A DNA stretch of 64,000 nucleotides from Chiloscyllium plagiosum (taxonomy: Eukaryota). Both the position numbers and the translations under genes were made by a program. The stretch lies in assembly GCF_004010195.1 (NCBI RefSeq), contig NC_057718.1, positions 64,653,123-64,717,122 on the forward strand, given 5' to 3'. A model generated the notes under the pieces. It had not been told where the DNA came from and searched no databases. It worked only from the letters and a program-made list of their open reading frames with translations. Each line of letters begins with the position of its first letter. The first letter of the stretch is position 1. Positions 1 to 12,492 of this stretch are shown here, in pieces.

Positions 1-363
1 CTTTGTTTTGAACTATAGGTTAGTTATTAATTATTGATTGATTTATTTTCTTTGGATTAAATTGGTCTCTCAAATTGTCTCTTACAAGCTCAAAAGGATG
101 GATGATATTAAGTCCCTGCTCTTCAAGAGAACTCAGGCTTTATAACAAGGCTCTGTATCAAATTCTCACTCACCTACGCTTCTCTGACTGGTTGGACTTT
201 CAGGTTTAGCTGGGCTTGATTTGTTAGGTGCTTTCCAGATACTGAAAATTATGACATGAAGCTGGAATCCTAATTTCTGCTGCGAGGGGCAATGGAATTT
301 CTTTTGTTGGGTTTTTAGAGAGTGAGGCTGATATTCTGATTCTTCGGTGGGATTATATTCTTC

Positions 364-570
364 CAGAGCTGGAAATGTGTTGCTGGAAAAGCGCAGCAGG
401 TCAGGCAGCATCCAGGGAACAGGAGAATCGACGTTTCGGGCATAAGCCCTTAAGGGCTTATGCCCGAAACGTCGATTCTCCTGTTCCCTGGATGCTGCCT
501 GACCTGCTGCGCTTTTCCAGCAACACATTTCCAGCTCTGATCTCCAGCATCTGCAGACCTCACTTTCTCC
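364..570. mobile_element. Penelope-terminus palindromic insertion (perfect 176-bp palindrome plus 3' tail)
   Basis: 364-539 is a perfect inverted repeat with no spacer (centre 451/452). TSD TTATATTCTTCCAG at 353-366 and 571-584. Confidence 0.9.
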
Positions 571-1745
571 TTATATTCTTCCAGGGATGTTTTTGGATGG
601 AAAGACGAACAAGAGAGAAAGCTTTGTTCCTACAGTGAGATTCTGACTACTTATTCCAGTTTTAAGCATTAAAAGGTTTAATTGCACATTTTCCCATGAA
701 TTAAGATGACAAATGCAAAATATTTCAGGATTTACAAAGGCAAAATTCTTTCTGATATTGTTCTATTTAAAAATCAGTTCAGGGGTACTCATAAGTGCCT
801 CAAAACATCTGAAACGTGATATTCCTTCTCATTGCCAACGTCAGTCTTTTCACCACATTTAGGAATGCAGAGCTCAATTTTAACCCATTAAAAATCCATC
901 CCTTGTACAGCATCAAAATTGGGGATTGGTCCTACTTTTCCGTTCTACTTTTGTTGTGCCCTTGAGAGTTCTGGGTGTATCTTTGGAATGTTTTGCTCCT
1001 GGAGAGATCATGTCCTTTGATCTTTTTAATTAGAACATCACATTTGATTCTAAAGATTGATATACTTAACTTATAGCTTTTACTGTCTGGGTGGAATCTT
1101 ACCAGGCACTGAAAGACGTGGGCTATAGTGAGATGCGTGGTAGATCACTAAGGTTATTAGTGAGCCCCATCTCAATGTCGAGATCATCACGTTGCATTTT
1201 GCTCATTACTTTTCTCAAGCACCTTGAAGAGACGAGTTCCCAGTTGATGCTCATAATTGTTTATTAAATGTCTCATTAACAGTCCAACTCACTGCGGCTG
1301 CAAACTTACCAAACTCACCAAAGAAACCAACCATCCACATGGAAACAAGACTGTTTCTTAGTCAGTTCATTTTGCTTGCTGTCATAGCACTCACTCACTA
1401 CATTTGCCTTATCTTACCTTTTTGCACTTTGCATCCAGAGGTGCCAGGGTCTTACTACTTTTATCCTGTCTTGATATTTAGTGCGCGCACAACCAGCTTG
1501 ACTCTTTCTGCCCCTTTGGAGGCTGCTTTCTTTCTAGAATGAGACAGATGCATGTACTAAGACAAATTAAAATGGGTGGTACAACTGTCACTTTTGGTGT
1601 ATGTGGAGAAATATCCCTAGCAAATGAGTAAGCAGAGCAGAGGACATGCAGGCTTAGTAGTTTCAGGGGTTTGGGTGGGTGACAGTGAGTGAGGAAAGAT
1701 GTTGCTAGCAATAATGAGAGTGTTGGAGCATGAGCCTTATTGGGA

Positions 1746-2080
1746 GGTGGACCAGTGGCTCATTGGTTAGCACTGCTGCCTCACAGTTGACCTGGGTTCA
1801 ATTCCAGCCTCAAGCAACTATCTGTGTGGAGTTTGCACATTCTCCCCGTGTCTGCGTGGGTTTCCTACCAGTGCTCCAGTCTCCTCCCACAATCCAAAGA
1901 TGCGTAAGTTAGGTGAATTGGCCTTGCTAAGTTGCCCACAGTATTTAGGGATGTGTAGGTTAGGTGCATTAGTCAGGAGTAAATGTAAAGTATAGGGGAA
2001 GGTGAAAGGTTACTCTTCAGAGGATTGGCGTGGCCTTGTTGGGCCAAATGGCCTTTTTTGATACTGTAGAGATTCTATGA
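1746..2080 (+). mobile_element. tRNA-derived HE1/V-SINE-like SINE
   Basis: A-box (tggctcattgg), B-box (ggttcaattcc), central gtgtggagtttgcacattctcccc domain, LINE-derived tail. Confidence 0.85.
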
Positions 2081-2504
2081 TAACAGTAGTAAAGAGAGTT
2101 TAAAGTTTCAGAAGGAAGATGGTTGCATGTATGCTGACAGAGTGGAGAAGCGCATTTACCTTCTTCCTACAGAACTGGATGTTCCTTCAGACCAGCTGAG
2201 ACTGTTGTAACCTGGATGGCGAGATGAGATGTCAGTATAATGGCTTCCACTGCTGGTCCTGTGTGGTTGATAACGTTCCACCTTTGCATCACCCCATCAG
2301 AGCGAGGCATGGGTTTCTGCCATTTTGGCCATATCCAGGGCAAATGTCAGGAACCACACAGGGCTGTTCTAAACTGCCAGTGCTTGTCCAGGAGTACATG
2401 AGCTTTTACATATGATGCCAGTGCCAGGAATTCCGGTCAATTCCAGGATCTCCTGTGAGTAGGTTGCACCAGGAATGGAACGTGGTAAGATGGGGTGGAA
2501 ATCA

Positions 2505-2848
2505 TATCATAAAAGAATCATAGAATCCCTGCGGTGTGGAAACAAGTCATTTGGCCAAACAAGTTCACACTGACCCTCTGAAGAGTAACCCCCCCAGACC
2601 CATTGCTGTATGTTTACTGTTGACTAATGCTCACAACCCTGAACACTATGGGCAATTTAGCATGGCCAATTCACCAGACCTGCACATCTTTGGATTGTGG
2701 AAAGAAACCAGAGCTCCCAGAGGAAACCCACACAGACACGGGGAGAATGTGCAAACTCCACACAGACAGTTGCCCGAGGTTGGAATCAAATCCAGGTCCC
2801 TGGCGCTGTGAGGCAGTAGTGCTAACCGTTAAGCCACCAAGCCGCCCC
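2505..2848 (-). mobile_element. HE1/V-SINE-like SINE
   Basis: Reverse complement of the same SINE family, with a (tctatga)-type tail. Confidence 0.85.
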
Positions 2849-3053
2849 GATGATATTCACCATAAGGGCTGAATTGTCAAATAAAGTAGCGAGTTTGGTA
2901 GGATATGACAATAAGCCACATGGCCTTGAGGCAAACATTACTCCACCAAACTCAACCTAACATGTACTTGACAAAAAAATCTAAGATTCAGCCCCATACA
3001 CTTTATGTTTGAACTTTTTCAATTTAAATAAAAATTGTTTTTCTTTCTTTCAG

Positions 3054-3097
3054 TATCATTGAAGAAGAAGAAATAATTGAATTGAGTATTGAAGATA
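3054..3097 (+). CDS. chs: chitin synthase gene copy A, internal exon (IIEEEEIIELSIED)
   Basis: Pyrimidine tract with tttcag acceptor and GTGAGT donor. 44 nt (1+42+1). Its last A joins AG of the next exon to make a Lys codon in frame. Confidence 0.7.
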
Positions 3098-4087
3098 GTG
3101 AGTATTAATATCATTTTCTTTGGTAGTGTTTTCCAGAAATATATTGCCAATATAATTGTATTTGATATTAGTATTGCAGGACTTTCTTTAGACTTGAGCT
3201 ATTTTCTTCAGATTTTCTGCTCCTTGTAAACACAGAATCATGGCACTTTACTGTTGCAGCCATGGCACATACCTTTCCTTACTGTAGTCAAGTATCTTTC
3301 TGATCTGTCAGCCAAGATATTCAGTAGCTGTAGGCCATCTGACCACATCACTTACAGAATTCAATTCTACATTTACCCTGTGTTCACATGCATACCTGTG
3401 AAGCATGTCAGAGCAGCAATTTGCCATTCAGCACCCTCAGTCCTCCCAGCCATTCAATTGGCTGATAGCTGATCCATATCTTGGCTTGATTTAACTACCA
3501 TGGTTTGATCTTCTAAAACCTTTAGCCAATCAGGATCTCTCAAACTTAGTTTTAGCATTTTCAATTGATCTAGCTTCAAATGCTTCTTGAGAGGGAGAGA
3601 CAGCAAGAGAGAGTGAGAGATTCCTGTTACTTTCATGTAAAAACTCGTTTTCTGACAGCCAGAATGGTTTAGCTAATTTGTAAAATTATATCATTTGTTC
3701 AGGGCTCCCCCATTTTTCTAGGAGGAGAGAAGACAGTTTGACTGACTGGGATCAAGACGTTCCATCTGTTCATTTTAGCATAAAACACAAAAATTCTGGA
3801 AATACACATTTAAAATCTTTCAGAAACAAACTCAGTTACTGGTCTTTCATTTGTATCCTTGATCAGAATGGAAGTTTGCAATTTGAATGGACATTTTAGT
3901 AAGATTGAAAAAAATAAACAAAATTAAAGGAGAGGGGATAGAACCGCAGATGCAGATGGAGCTTTATGTGTGTTAGTGGGTAGCTAATGGAAATGCAAAC
4001 TGTTTTTAAAGAGCAGTTACAGATAAAATACATCAGAAGTGAGGCCACACAATGATGCTGGTTAAGAGACCACCTAATTTGTTGATA

Positions 4088-4262
4088 AAAGCAGAAAGAA
4101 CTGCAGGTGCTGAAAATCAGACACAAAAATAGAAATTGTTGAAAAAGCACAGCAGGTCTGGCAGCATCTGTTGAGAGAAATCAGAGATAACGTTTTGAGT
4201 CAAGTGATCCTTCCTCAGAACTAGTCACTCAAATCAAAATGTTAACTTTGATTTCTCGCCAC
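4088..4262. mobile_element. older Penelope-terminus insertion with degenerate hammerhead
   Basis: TSD AATTTGTTGATA at 4076-4087 and 4263-4274. Minus strand reads agtt-CTGAGGA..AAAA-c-gtt, followed by a short inverted arm. Confidence 0.7.
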
Positions 4263-4322
4263 AATTTGTTGATATATCAGTCTAACGCTTATGTTATTTT
4301 AGAGATTTCTAGGCTGCAAAGT

Positions 4323-4637
4323 GATTAGATTAGGTTACTTACAGTGTGGAAACAGGCCCTTCGGCCCAACAAGTCCACACCGCCCCGCCGAAGCGCAACC
4401 CACCCATACCCCCACACTTACCCCTTACCAAACACTATAGGCAATTTAGCATGGCCAATTCACCTGACCTGCACATCTTTGTGACTGTGGGAGGAAACCG
4501 GAGCACCCGGAGGAAACCCACGCAGACACGGGGAGAACGTGCAAACTCCACACAGTCAGTCGCCTGAGGCGGGAATTGAACCCAGGTCTCTGGCGCTGTG
4601 AGGCAGCAGTGCTAATCACTGTGCCACCGTGCCGCCC
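4323..4637 (-). mobile_element. young HE1/V-SINE-like SINE
   Basis: Head GGGCGGCACGGTGGCACAGTG on the minus strand, CpG-rich, (taatc)n tail. Confidence 0.9.
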
Positions 4638-5035
4638 TGCACTGGGAGAATAAAAGATACCTGGATTAACTGTAAAATATGCTTGGTGGTTCCACTGGTT
4701 CAACAATTTGTGGTTTTTGAACCCCAATTCAGCCTGACTCCATTGTAGTATTGAGGGTGCGCTATATATTCTGGGGTAGCACCGTTAAACTAAAGAGTCC
4801 ATTGCCCCTTTCAAGTTAATATGAAAGATCTTATGAGACTATTCAAGATAAACAGGGAGTCCTTGCTGCTGTAATCGCTTTTAATCACCTTCGATTAAGA
4901 TCTGATTATTTCACTACTTGTTCCATTTTTGTTTATAAGACTTTGTTGTGCATATATTGACAACTGTTTCTCTGTCCAATACAACCATTCAAAAAACTGT
5001 GTTTTGTTTCTCTTTCTTGTGTTTCCCTTGTATAG

Positions 5036-5100
5036 AGTGGATAAGCAACTTGCAAGAGCAGTCATTCCATATGATGCTTGTTGTAGAAGAACTTGATGAA
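5036..5100 (+). CDS. chs: chitin synthase copy A exon (K-WISNLQEQSFHMMLVVEELDE)
   Basis: Long pyrimidine tract with tatag acceptor and GTGAGT donor. 65 nt (2+63), phase-compatible with both neighbouring exons. Confidence 0.85.
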
Positions 5101-5804
5101 GTGAGTTGCTTTGAATGACATTTGTCATTATTTCCTTGTATATTCATCTCAGTGAGTCGTATGAACTCCATTCTGTTTCATGCAGTTACTAACCTCTAAT
5201 GTACTGTAATATAGACATTTGGAACATAATTTCCCAAGCGAGTTTTGAGAAGATTTGTAATTCACGTTGGGGTTCTTATGCATAATTGCCCAAATTGTGC
5301 AGTCTAAAGCTCATCGGAGTTTTGACATACAACAAAAGATGTGCAAAGAGATGCTGGGGAAAGTCATGATGCATGGCCCTATGTGAAAATGGACTAGGAA
5401 ATTTCAACCTGCAATGGATAATTTCCATGCACTTCAGAATCCTCTGTGAACTGAAGAGTTGTAATGTGAATCCTCACCCAGGAAATACTACACAAAAAAA
5501 ACAAGTCCAACTCCTAGGGAACCACAAAACCAACCCCACAATCAGCAATACTAACCTCTGACTACCTCCCTGACCGTCCTGACTACCATCTGACAGCACC
5601 CTCTCACTGACTACTCCTTTCAGTTCAGATATCACCCACCCACAAATACCTATTGAAACTCCCAGAACCGCTTGACACTCTGGTTACTCCTGATTTTCTG
5701 ATTATCTTCCTCACTCCAACTGACTATCCCCTGAATCTGCGACTACCACAAGTATCCCTTATCAAGCGAATACTTACAGTTTTGACTATCATCCCACCTA
5801 GCTG

Positions 5805-6625
5805 CTTCACATGGAGGTGTGTATGGGCCTTGGCTAGTGAGGAGGGAGGAAGAAAATGGGCAGGTGTTACACCTCCTGCGATTGCATGGGAAGGTCCTAT
5901 GGTGTTTTGAGAGCTGGTGAGTGTGGAGAAAGACTGGACCAAGGTGTTCCCAGAGGGAATAGTCCTTGTGGAATGCTGAACTGGGAGCGGAGGGCAATAT
6001 GTGTCTAGGGATGGCATTCTGCTAGAGATTGTGGAAATGGTGGCTCAGATCATTTGGATGTGGATGCTGGCAGATTGGTAAGTGAGGATCAGGGGTTAGA
6101 AGCAAAGGGGTGAGGGCCGAAGTGCGGGAGATGAATCAGGCACAACTGAGGGTCCTGTTAAACATGAGGGAAATCTCAGTTGAGGAAGAAGGTGGACATT
6201 TTGGAGACCCCTTTGTAGAAAGAATTATCATCAGAACAGATGTGATGGAGATGGAGAAACTGGGAGAAAGGAATAGAGTCTTTATAGGACACAGAGTATG
6301 AGGACGTATAGTCAAGGTAACCATGGGAGTGTTTGCGTTTGTAATGGATGTTGGAGGCCAGCCTATCACCAAAAATGGAAACAAATGTCATGAATGGAAA
6401 CAGAGGAGTCAGAGATGGACCAAGTGAAGGTGAGAGTGGGGTGGTAATTGGAAGCGAAATAGATAAATTTCTCCAATTCCAGAAGATAGAGGGAAGCACC
6501 ACTGATGATGTCATCGATGTACTGGAGAAAAAGTTGAGGTGGAGACCGGAGTAGGACTGGAACAAAAAATGTTTCATGTACCCCACAAAGGGACAGGCAT
6601 AACCATTCAAGTGGAGCAGGTATGC
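5805..6625 (-). mobile_element. Penelope-like (Neptune-type) retroelement fragment, RT plus Cys linker
   Basis: Frameshifted ORFs encode YACPFVGY, QYIDDI, YLDYTSSY..KDSIPFSQFL and TFPCNRRRCNTC. Lies in a chitin synthase intron. Confidence 0.85.
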
Positions 6626-6703
6626 AACTATGGTAGTGTCTCCTCAGAAGAGCTGGGCCAGTATTTTTATTGACCTTATTGTTCTTATATTTCTTATATG
6701 TAG

Positions 6704-6814
6704 GAAGAAATCCCATTCTGGAATGATCTCATTGAATTGTACCTTAAACCAATTGAAGAAGATAAAGCAAAACAGGCAGAGATAGCAAAGGAACTGAAAT
6801 CTCTCAGAAACAAG
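6704..6814 (+). CDS. chs: chitin synthase copy A exon, coiled-coil region (EEIPFWNDLIELYLKPIEEDKAKQAEIAKELKSLRNK)
   Basis: tgtag acceptor and AAG|GTAAGT donor, 111 nt, phase 0-0. Matches the FW..LI..YL.PI.ED...Q..IA.EL..LRN motif of metazoan chitin synthases. Confidence 0.92.
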
Positions 6815-7381
6815 GTAAGTACAACTTACAAGTGGTTGTTCTGACTCGATCACTTGTTCAAGCCCAGAGGGGAAAACAGTGCTGCATTATTTTTGGTTGT
6901 TGGAGGACAAAACAATGGAGGTGCATAAGGCACTGAAAAAGTTAGTCAGCCTCATGCTTCTAACATGGTTTACCAACCTATCTCCTGATTTGTTCAATTT
7001 TCTGAACCTAACAGACCAGCTGTAATTTCTACTCTTGCTTGGTACTAAATGCCTCCTCATTGAAAGAATGCAAAATGTGTATGATAATGGACTAAAGGGT
7101 AAATTTTGTGTTGGTTTATTTGCAGAGTCAAATTTCACTTAGTAAGACAGAGAATTGGAGAATCACTTTGAGTGTTGGTTAGCACACCCAGTAGGTACAA
7201 TTCCTCTTTTTCCAGTGATTAAAATAAATCAGGAACTCCTATTGTACAGCTGCACTCATTAATCAGGCTGATTTTTGTTGTTACATGTACAAGTCTACAA
7301 GAATCATACTGCAGATGTATATTGTACTTGGGTAGCATTTATAATGTTGTCATTATGAATAAACCTTTACATTCTTTGCAG

Positions 7382-7599
7382 GCCACTTTTCTCTTCTTCA
7401 TTATTAATACTCTGTGGATTGTTTCAACGTTTTTTCTGCAAGCAATTGGTTCAGAGATACACATCAAGATCCCCAAAATCCTTCCAAATGGTACTTTTTC
7501 AAAAAGTGAAATTCTAACCATCGAACCACTCAGTTTTATGTTCTTGCTATCGTTTGCTGGGCTGTTGGGAATTCAGTTCCTCACCATGTTGTACCACAG
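7382..7599 (+). CDS. chs: chitin synthase copy A exon with C-terminal TM helices (ATFLFFIINTLW...EPLSFMFLLSFAGLLGIQFLTMLYHR)
   Basis: ttgcag acceptor and AG|GTATT donor, 218 nt, inside ORF 7322..7606. EP..FL..F..LL.IQF..ML.HR is a chitin synthase signature. Confidence 0.93.
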
Positions 7600-7938
7600 G
7601 TATTAATTCAAATATATTTTGTTTTCTAAATAATTAGGTCCAGGGTCACATTCTTGGATTGGATGCTTGGGTTTGGGAGCAATCCTGGCTCTGCAACCCC
7701 AACTTTTAAAAATAGCTGCCCACACTTGCCATGTTTGATCCCATGTACTACCCTATACTCAACCACTCATCTCAATGGCCTCTCTTATGCCTACACCTCT
7801 AATCATCTCAATAACTCATCATAGCCCTTGTGCCAACATATGCTAACTCATGTACCCTCACCCTGCCTTCCATAACAATTCATCTAATATCCATCATGGG
7901 CACACCTCAGGAGTCATGTTAATAGACGGTGGTACAGT

Positions 7939-8248
7939 GGGCAGCACAGTGGCACAGAGGTTAACACTGCTGCCTCACAGCGCCAGAGACCCAGGTTCAA
8001 TTCCCACCTCAGGCGACTGACTGTGTGGAGTTTGCACATTCTCCCTGTGCCTGCGTGGGTGTGCTCTGGTTTCCTCCCACAGTCCAAAAATGTGCAGGTT
8101 AGGTGAATTGGCCATGCTAAATTGCCCGTAGTGTTAGGTAAAGGGGTAAATGTAGGGGAGTGGGTATGGGTGGGTTGCGCTTCGGCGGGTCAGTGTGGAC
8201 TTATTGGGCCGAAGGGTCTGTTTTCACACTGTAAGTAATCTAATCTAA
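7939..8248 (+). mobile_element. HE1/V-SINE-like SINE
   Basis: A and B boxes, central domain and gtaagtaatctaatctaa tail. Confidence 0.9.
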
Positions 8249-8839
8249 ATATTCACAGATGATTTTCTTTTGAAAAACATACATTTTGATCAAAACAAAA
8301 AAAACTATTCAATACATTGAAATTCTTTCAACTAATCCCTTAGGTAGACAAACGTTTCATTTAAGTACTCAATCCCTTATGAAAGTATCCCGTAGATAAA
8401 CAAATACTTCTATAATCAGTTGGAGCTGTCCTTCAAAATGCTAACTAGATAGGTACCCTATCGTGAAAATCATAGTTTGGGAATTCAATCAAAGAGCACA
8501 AATCCTATAATGGCTTTTGTCGACAGGAATGTTAAAATACCTAGCACAGTTTCTGTTTCAATTCACACATTTTTTTGTCAGTTCCTTGACAACTTTAACA
8601 GATTTGGCAGTCCCAAACATCATCCCAGTCATCCACAAAGTGGTACAATGGGGTGTTGACAATGATATCAAGTAGCATTTGCTGTGCAATAACCTGCTCA
8701 CTGAGACCGAGGTTTGGTTGCACTAGGGCCAATTAATTCCTCACAACTTAGTCTAAACATAGCCAAAAAAAGCAGAATTCCAGAGGTGAGGGGAGAGTGA
8801 CTGCAAGGTTATATTTGACTGAATCTGGCACCGAGGAGC

Positions 8840-9860
8840 TCTTGACATACCTGGCACAAAAGACAATAGTTGTGGTTGTTGGAGGTTAATTAACTCAGTC
8901 CCAGGGCATCAGTATAAGCATTCCTCAAGGTTGTGTCCTCAGCCGAACCATCCTTAGCTGCTTCATCAATGTCCATCTTTCCATCATATGGTCAAAAGTG
9001 GGCATGTTCACTGATGATTACACAACGTTCAATACTATTCACACCTCTACCAATACTGAATCACCTCTTGTCCATATGGAGCAAGTCTTAGTCAAATTAG
9101 GACTAAACTGATAAATGGAAAATAACATTAGTGACAAACAAATGCCAGGCAATTACCATCTCCAAGAGAGAATCAAACCGCATCCCCTGCCACTCAATGG
9201 TATTACCATCACTAAAACCATCAATATCAACATCCTTGAGTTACCATTAACCACCCTTATAAATACTCTGGCTATAAGAGTGGGTCAAACACTAGGAATT
9301 CAATGAAAAGTAACTCACCTCCTTACTTTTCAAAGTGTTTCCGTTCTCGACAGAGCATAAGTCAGGTGCTTGATGAACGTATTCCCACTTTCCTGAACCG
9401 GTTCTATTCCAAAAACACTCAAGAACCTTGACAGCACCCAGGAAAGGCAGTCTGTTTGATCAACACCCCACATACTGTCTTCAGTATTCATTCCTCTTAC
9501 CACCAATGCATGACCGCAGCACTATGTACTAACTACAATATGGAGTGCAATAAGTTACCAAGGCCCATTTGACAGCACCTTCTAAATACGTGACCATTAC
9601 CACCTAGAAGGACATCAGGCACATGGGAACACCATCATCTACAAGATCCTTTTTCCAAAACATACATCATCCTGACATGGAACAATACCACTGAGCCTTC
9701 GATGTCACTCAGTCAAAATCCTGGAACTCACTGCCAAACAGCACTGTGGGTGTCGTTACACTACAGTAACTGCTGCAGTTCAAGAAGGCAGATCACCCCC
9801 AACTTCGCCAGGACATTGAGGGATGGACTGTGTTGTTGGCCCAAGCAATAATACCCACAT
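8840..9860 (+). mobile_element. degenerate CR1/L2-group LINE 3' fragment
   Basis: RT remnants (PQGCVL, MFTDD). 3' end cagttcaagaaggcagatcacc is shared with copies near 17.1-17.4, 19.6-19.9, 37.1-37.8 and 59.1-59.9 kb. Confidence 0.7.
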
Positions 9861-10418
9861 TCTATGAATGTGTTAGTAAAATGAGTTCAGGAACTTCTTA
9901 GACACCAGCATGTCGACATTTCACAGTCCCAAAGGGGGCCTTTTGCCTTACTTCCACTAAAAGGCAACTAACTCCCCCACCATCACCTGTCCATCTCCCT
10001 CAACAAAGGCACCGTGGGATCAGATCCCAAGATGTGCCTTACCACATGAAAAGGGTACACTAACTATCCAAAAGGAATGCATGTTCAACAGACCTGGTTG
10101 ATTCCTGGTTTACCTGGTTTATTTGCCACACCCTGGATTCCACACTCCAAGACTCCAAAATCCTATTTTATTGAAGCCAGCTTGTCATTAAAATGGCTAG
10201 CCATTTTCAGAGACCATTGTAGCCTATGAATTGTAGCCTATCCCAATCCCTCTCCCCATCCCCCACAAAATATGAGGGATGCTAGTTTCTGGAGTGCGAC
10301 TTGGTTTTCTCTCTATCTTTTAGCATTTTCACCACAGCAGAGACACACCATTGTCTCAAAATTCTAGGCGTTAATGCAATGTTCTGGAAGTGGTAACAAT
10401 TTGTTAACTTCATTCTAG

Positions 10419-10500
10419 GATTACAACACTCACCCATTTTATTGCATATAAAGGAACTGAAATAAAACCTCAACAGAAAGTTGGAAAGTATCACCAAATG
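10419..10500 (+). CDS. chs: chitin synthase copy A exon (R-ITTLTHFIAYKGTEIKPQQKVGKYHQM)
   Basis: ttctag acceptor and ATG|GTAAGA donor, 82 nt (1+81). Completes the Arg codon and continues the HR..TL.H motif. Confidence 0.88.
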
Positions 10501-12471
10501 GTAAGACAAATAAATTTCATTATGCATTTGCTGACAAGAATCAAATTTTCAGAAATATATTAAAATGTATCCAGTTTAATATTTGCACTTTGGTCACACT
10601 GCCCTTGTGTCATGCTTCAGCCATTATATTTTATCATTTCACAGAAAATCAGCAAGTGTCGAAGGTGTGAGGGGTTTCTAGAGAACCATGAGTCATACCT
10701 TTACATCGTGCATCACCATGGCTTAATACTCAAAATGCTTTTTAATAATGAGATATTGTCCTTGCATTGTCAAGTATACAACCTTGCAAGAGGTTTTTGT
10801 GACACAGTAGTAGTGCGCCTACTTCTGGGCCAAAAGGTTTGGGTTCAAGTTCCATCTGGCCCAGACATATGTCATAGTATGTCCCAGCAGGCTAAATAAA
10901 AGAACTACAACTTCTCTGATCCAGAAAGAGAAAAACTCCAACTGTAGAAGTGGACTTCTACAAGTGATAAATTATTTGAAGAAATTTTTAAAATATGAAA
11001 TTTTATTTTTTTTTCCTTTTTTAACTCAATACAATATTTTCTTAACTCTTTTTATATAATCTTTCTGATCATTGATTCAACTTTAATTTGCCATATTTCC
11101 AATATGCTTCTGTTTCCTTTTTATTCCTTAAAATATTCTTGCTTCAGAACAGAGACTATTGGTTCCAACAAGATTAAAGATGCCTTCTTCTCCGCCCACT
11201 CTTTCAGTTACTTAGTCTTTTGAGCTAAAGGATGTTTTGTTCTGGAAAAATCTGAGCTGTTGTAAAATGTTATATCCTCAAATTCACCATGAAGAACACA
11301 GGTTTAGTGTTTAATTATAGCTTTAGTTTATATTGTTCTACCTGGTCAGATAAGCATTTTATTTACATTTTCTAAAATAATACTTTCTTGATGATTGGAT
11401 AGTAAATGGTTATCCCAGGAACAGGAAATTTTCTCGCCATAGCAAACTAATTATAATATGTCTTTTGTCTTCATGGTGTTGTAGGACTGAGAGAGAGCAG
11501 TGGCATTTCATAAATCATTAGCAACTATTTGCATGCCAGAGCAGATTTTATTCTGCGAGGTGACTGTCATAGGAAGAATTAGTTTTCCTTAATTTCCTGT
11601 AAGTTAAAGATAGGACTAATCACACTCACCTATTACTGTGAAAATGCCACAGTAATGTCATGTCAGGGCTTGGTTAATTACAGAAATCTAGATGTTAGTG
11701 TCCAAGATGTATCTCATTATCTGTCTCTTTCTGCCTCACTCCTAAATTGCACAGAGAAATGTGCAGTTCCTGTACTTGCACTGTGAGTAAAAAGAAAGTT
11801 AGAGCTGGTCTGAATTGATGTACGGTGTCTGTTTTATCTCATTTAATATCCAACAATTTATTAAAGTCTGGTTTAGCTGTCAGAGATTATTTTCATGGTA
11901 TTCTCATTGTTAATTACTTACAATGAATTTCTCTGGCACTGAATAGCAACTGTTACAAATATGGAGTCTCATTCCTTTAAATTTTAACTGCTGTTGGCGT
12001 TTTAATACATGCAAGTTTAAATCTATTTTAATTTACTGTTCTATCCCTCATTTTTGTCTCCATTTCAATCCAAGCTTTATTTTCTTCCTCATTAGCATTT
12101 CTCTTTCTGTACCTGATTTGGCTAAGAACGTCACAAATATATTTTAGTTTTGTATCCGAGTCCTTGCAGTGAGCATCTCAAAGTCCTGTAATTTAAATTA
12201 TTAAGTTGACACACAGTTGCTTATCTGTTCACCCAGTTCCTATTGCTGCAAAGTTATAGCCTTGTGATCTTAGCAATTTACATAATAAATTATTGTGAAA
12301 ATTTTAAAAAGACAAGTTTAACTAAAGGACACCCTGTTAGTTTCACTTCAACAGTAAATTTTGCTACAATGTATTTTGAGTTTTACTTTTAATCTAAGTA
12401 AATGCAATTTTGTATTCCAGGTACAAATACAGAATTAAAATTTAATATTATTTAACTTTCTCCTTTTCTAG

Positions 12472-12492
12472 TATAAAGATCATGAGGTTTGA
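12472..12492 (+). CDS. candidate terminal coding exon of chitin synthase copy A (YKDHEV*); alternative candidate 11148-11177 (NRDYWFQQD*)
   Basis: Strong acceptor (tttaactttctccttttctag), phase 0, early stop. No conserved motif allows a choice between the candidates. Confidence 0.3.
   Translation, partial: YKDHEV

Noticed and set aside
166..363. Minus-strand open frame ending at an AG|GTGAGT donor-like site
   Set aside because: No recognisable protein motif or partner exon, and it is interrupted by the palindromic insertion.
166..638. Two opposite-strand ORFs with identical N-termini (MCCWKSAAG...)
   Set aside because: Artefact of the perfect palindrome at 364-539. The same applies to the mirrored ORFs at 50602-50896.
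1746..8248. tRNA genes at SINE heads
   Set aside because: A and B boxes continue into SINE body and LINE-derived tail; no complete cloverleaf.
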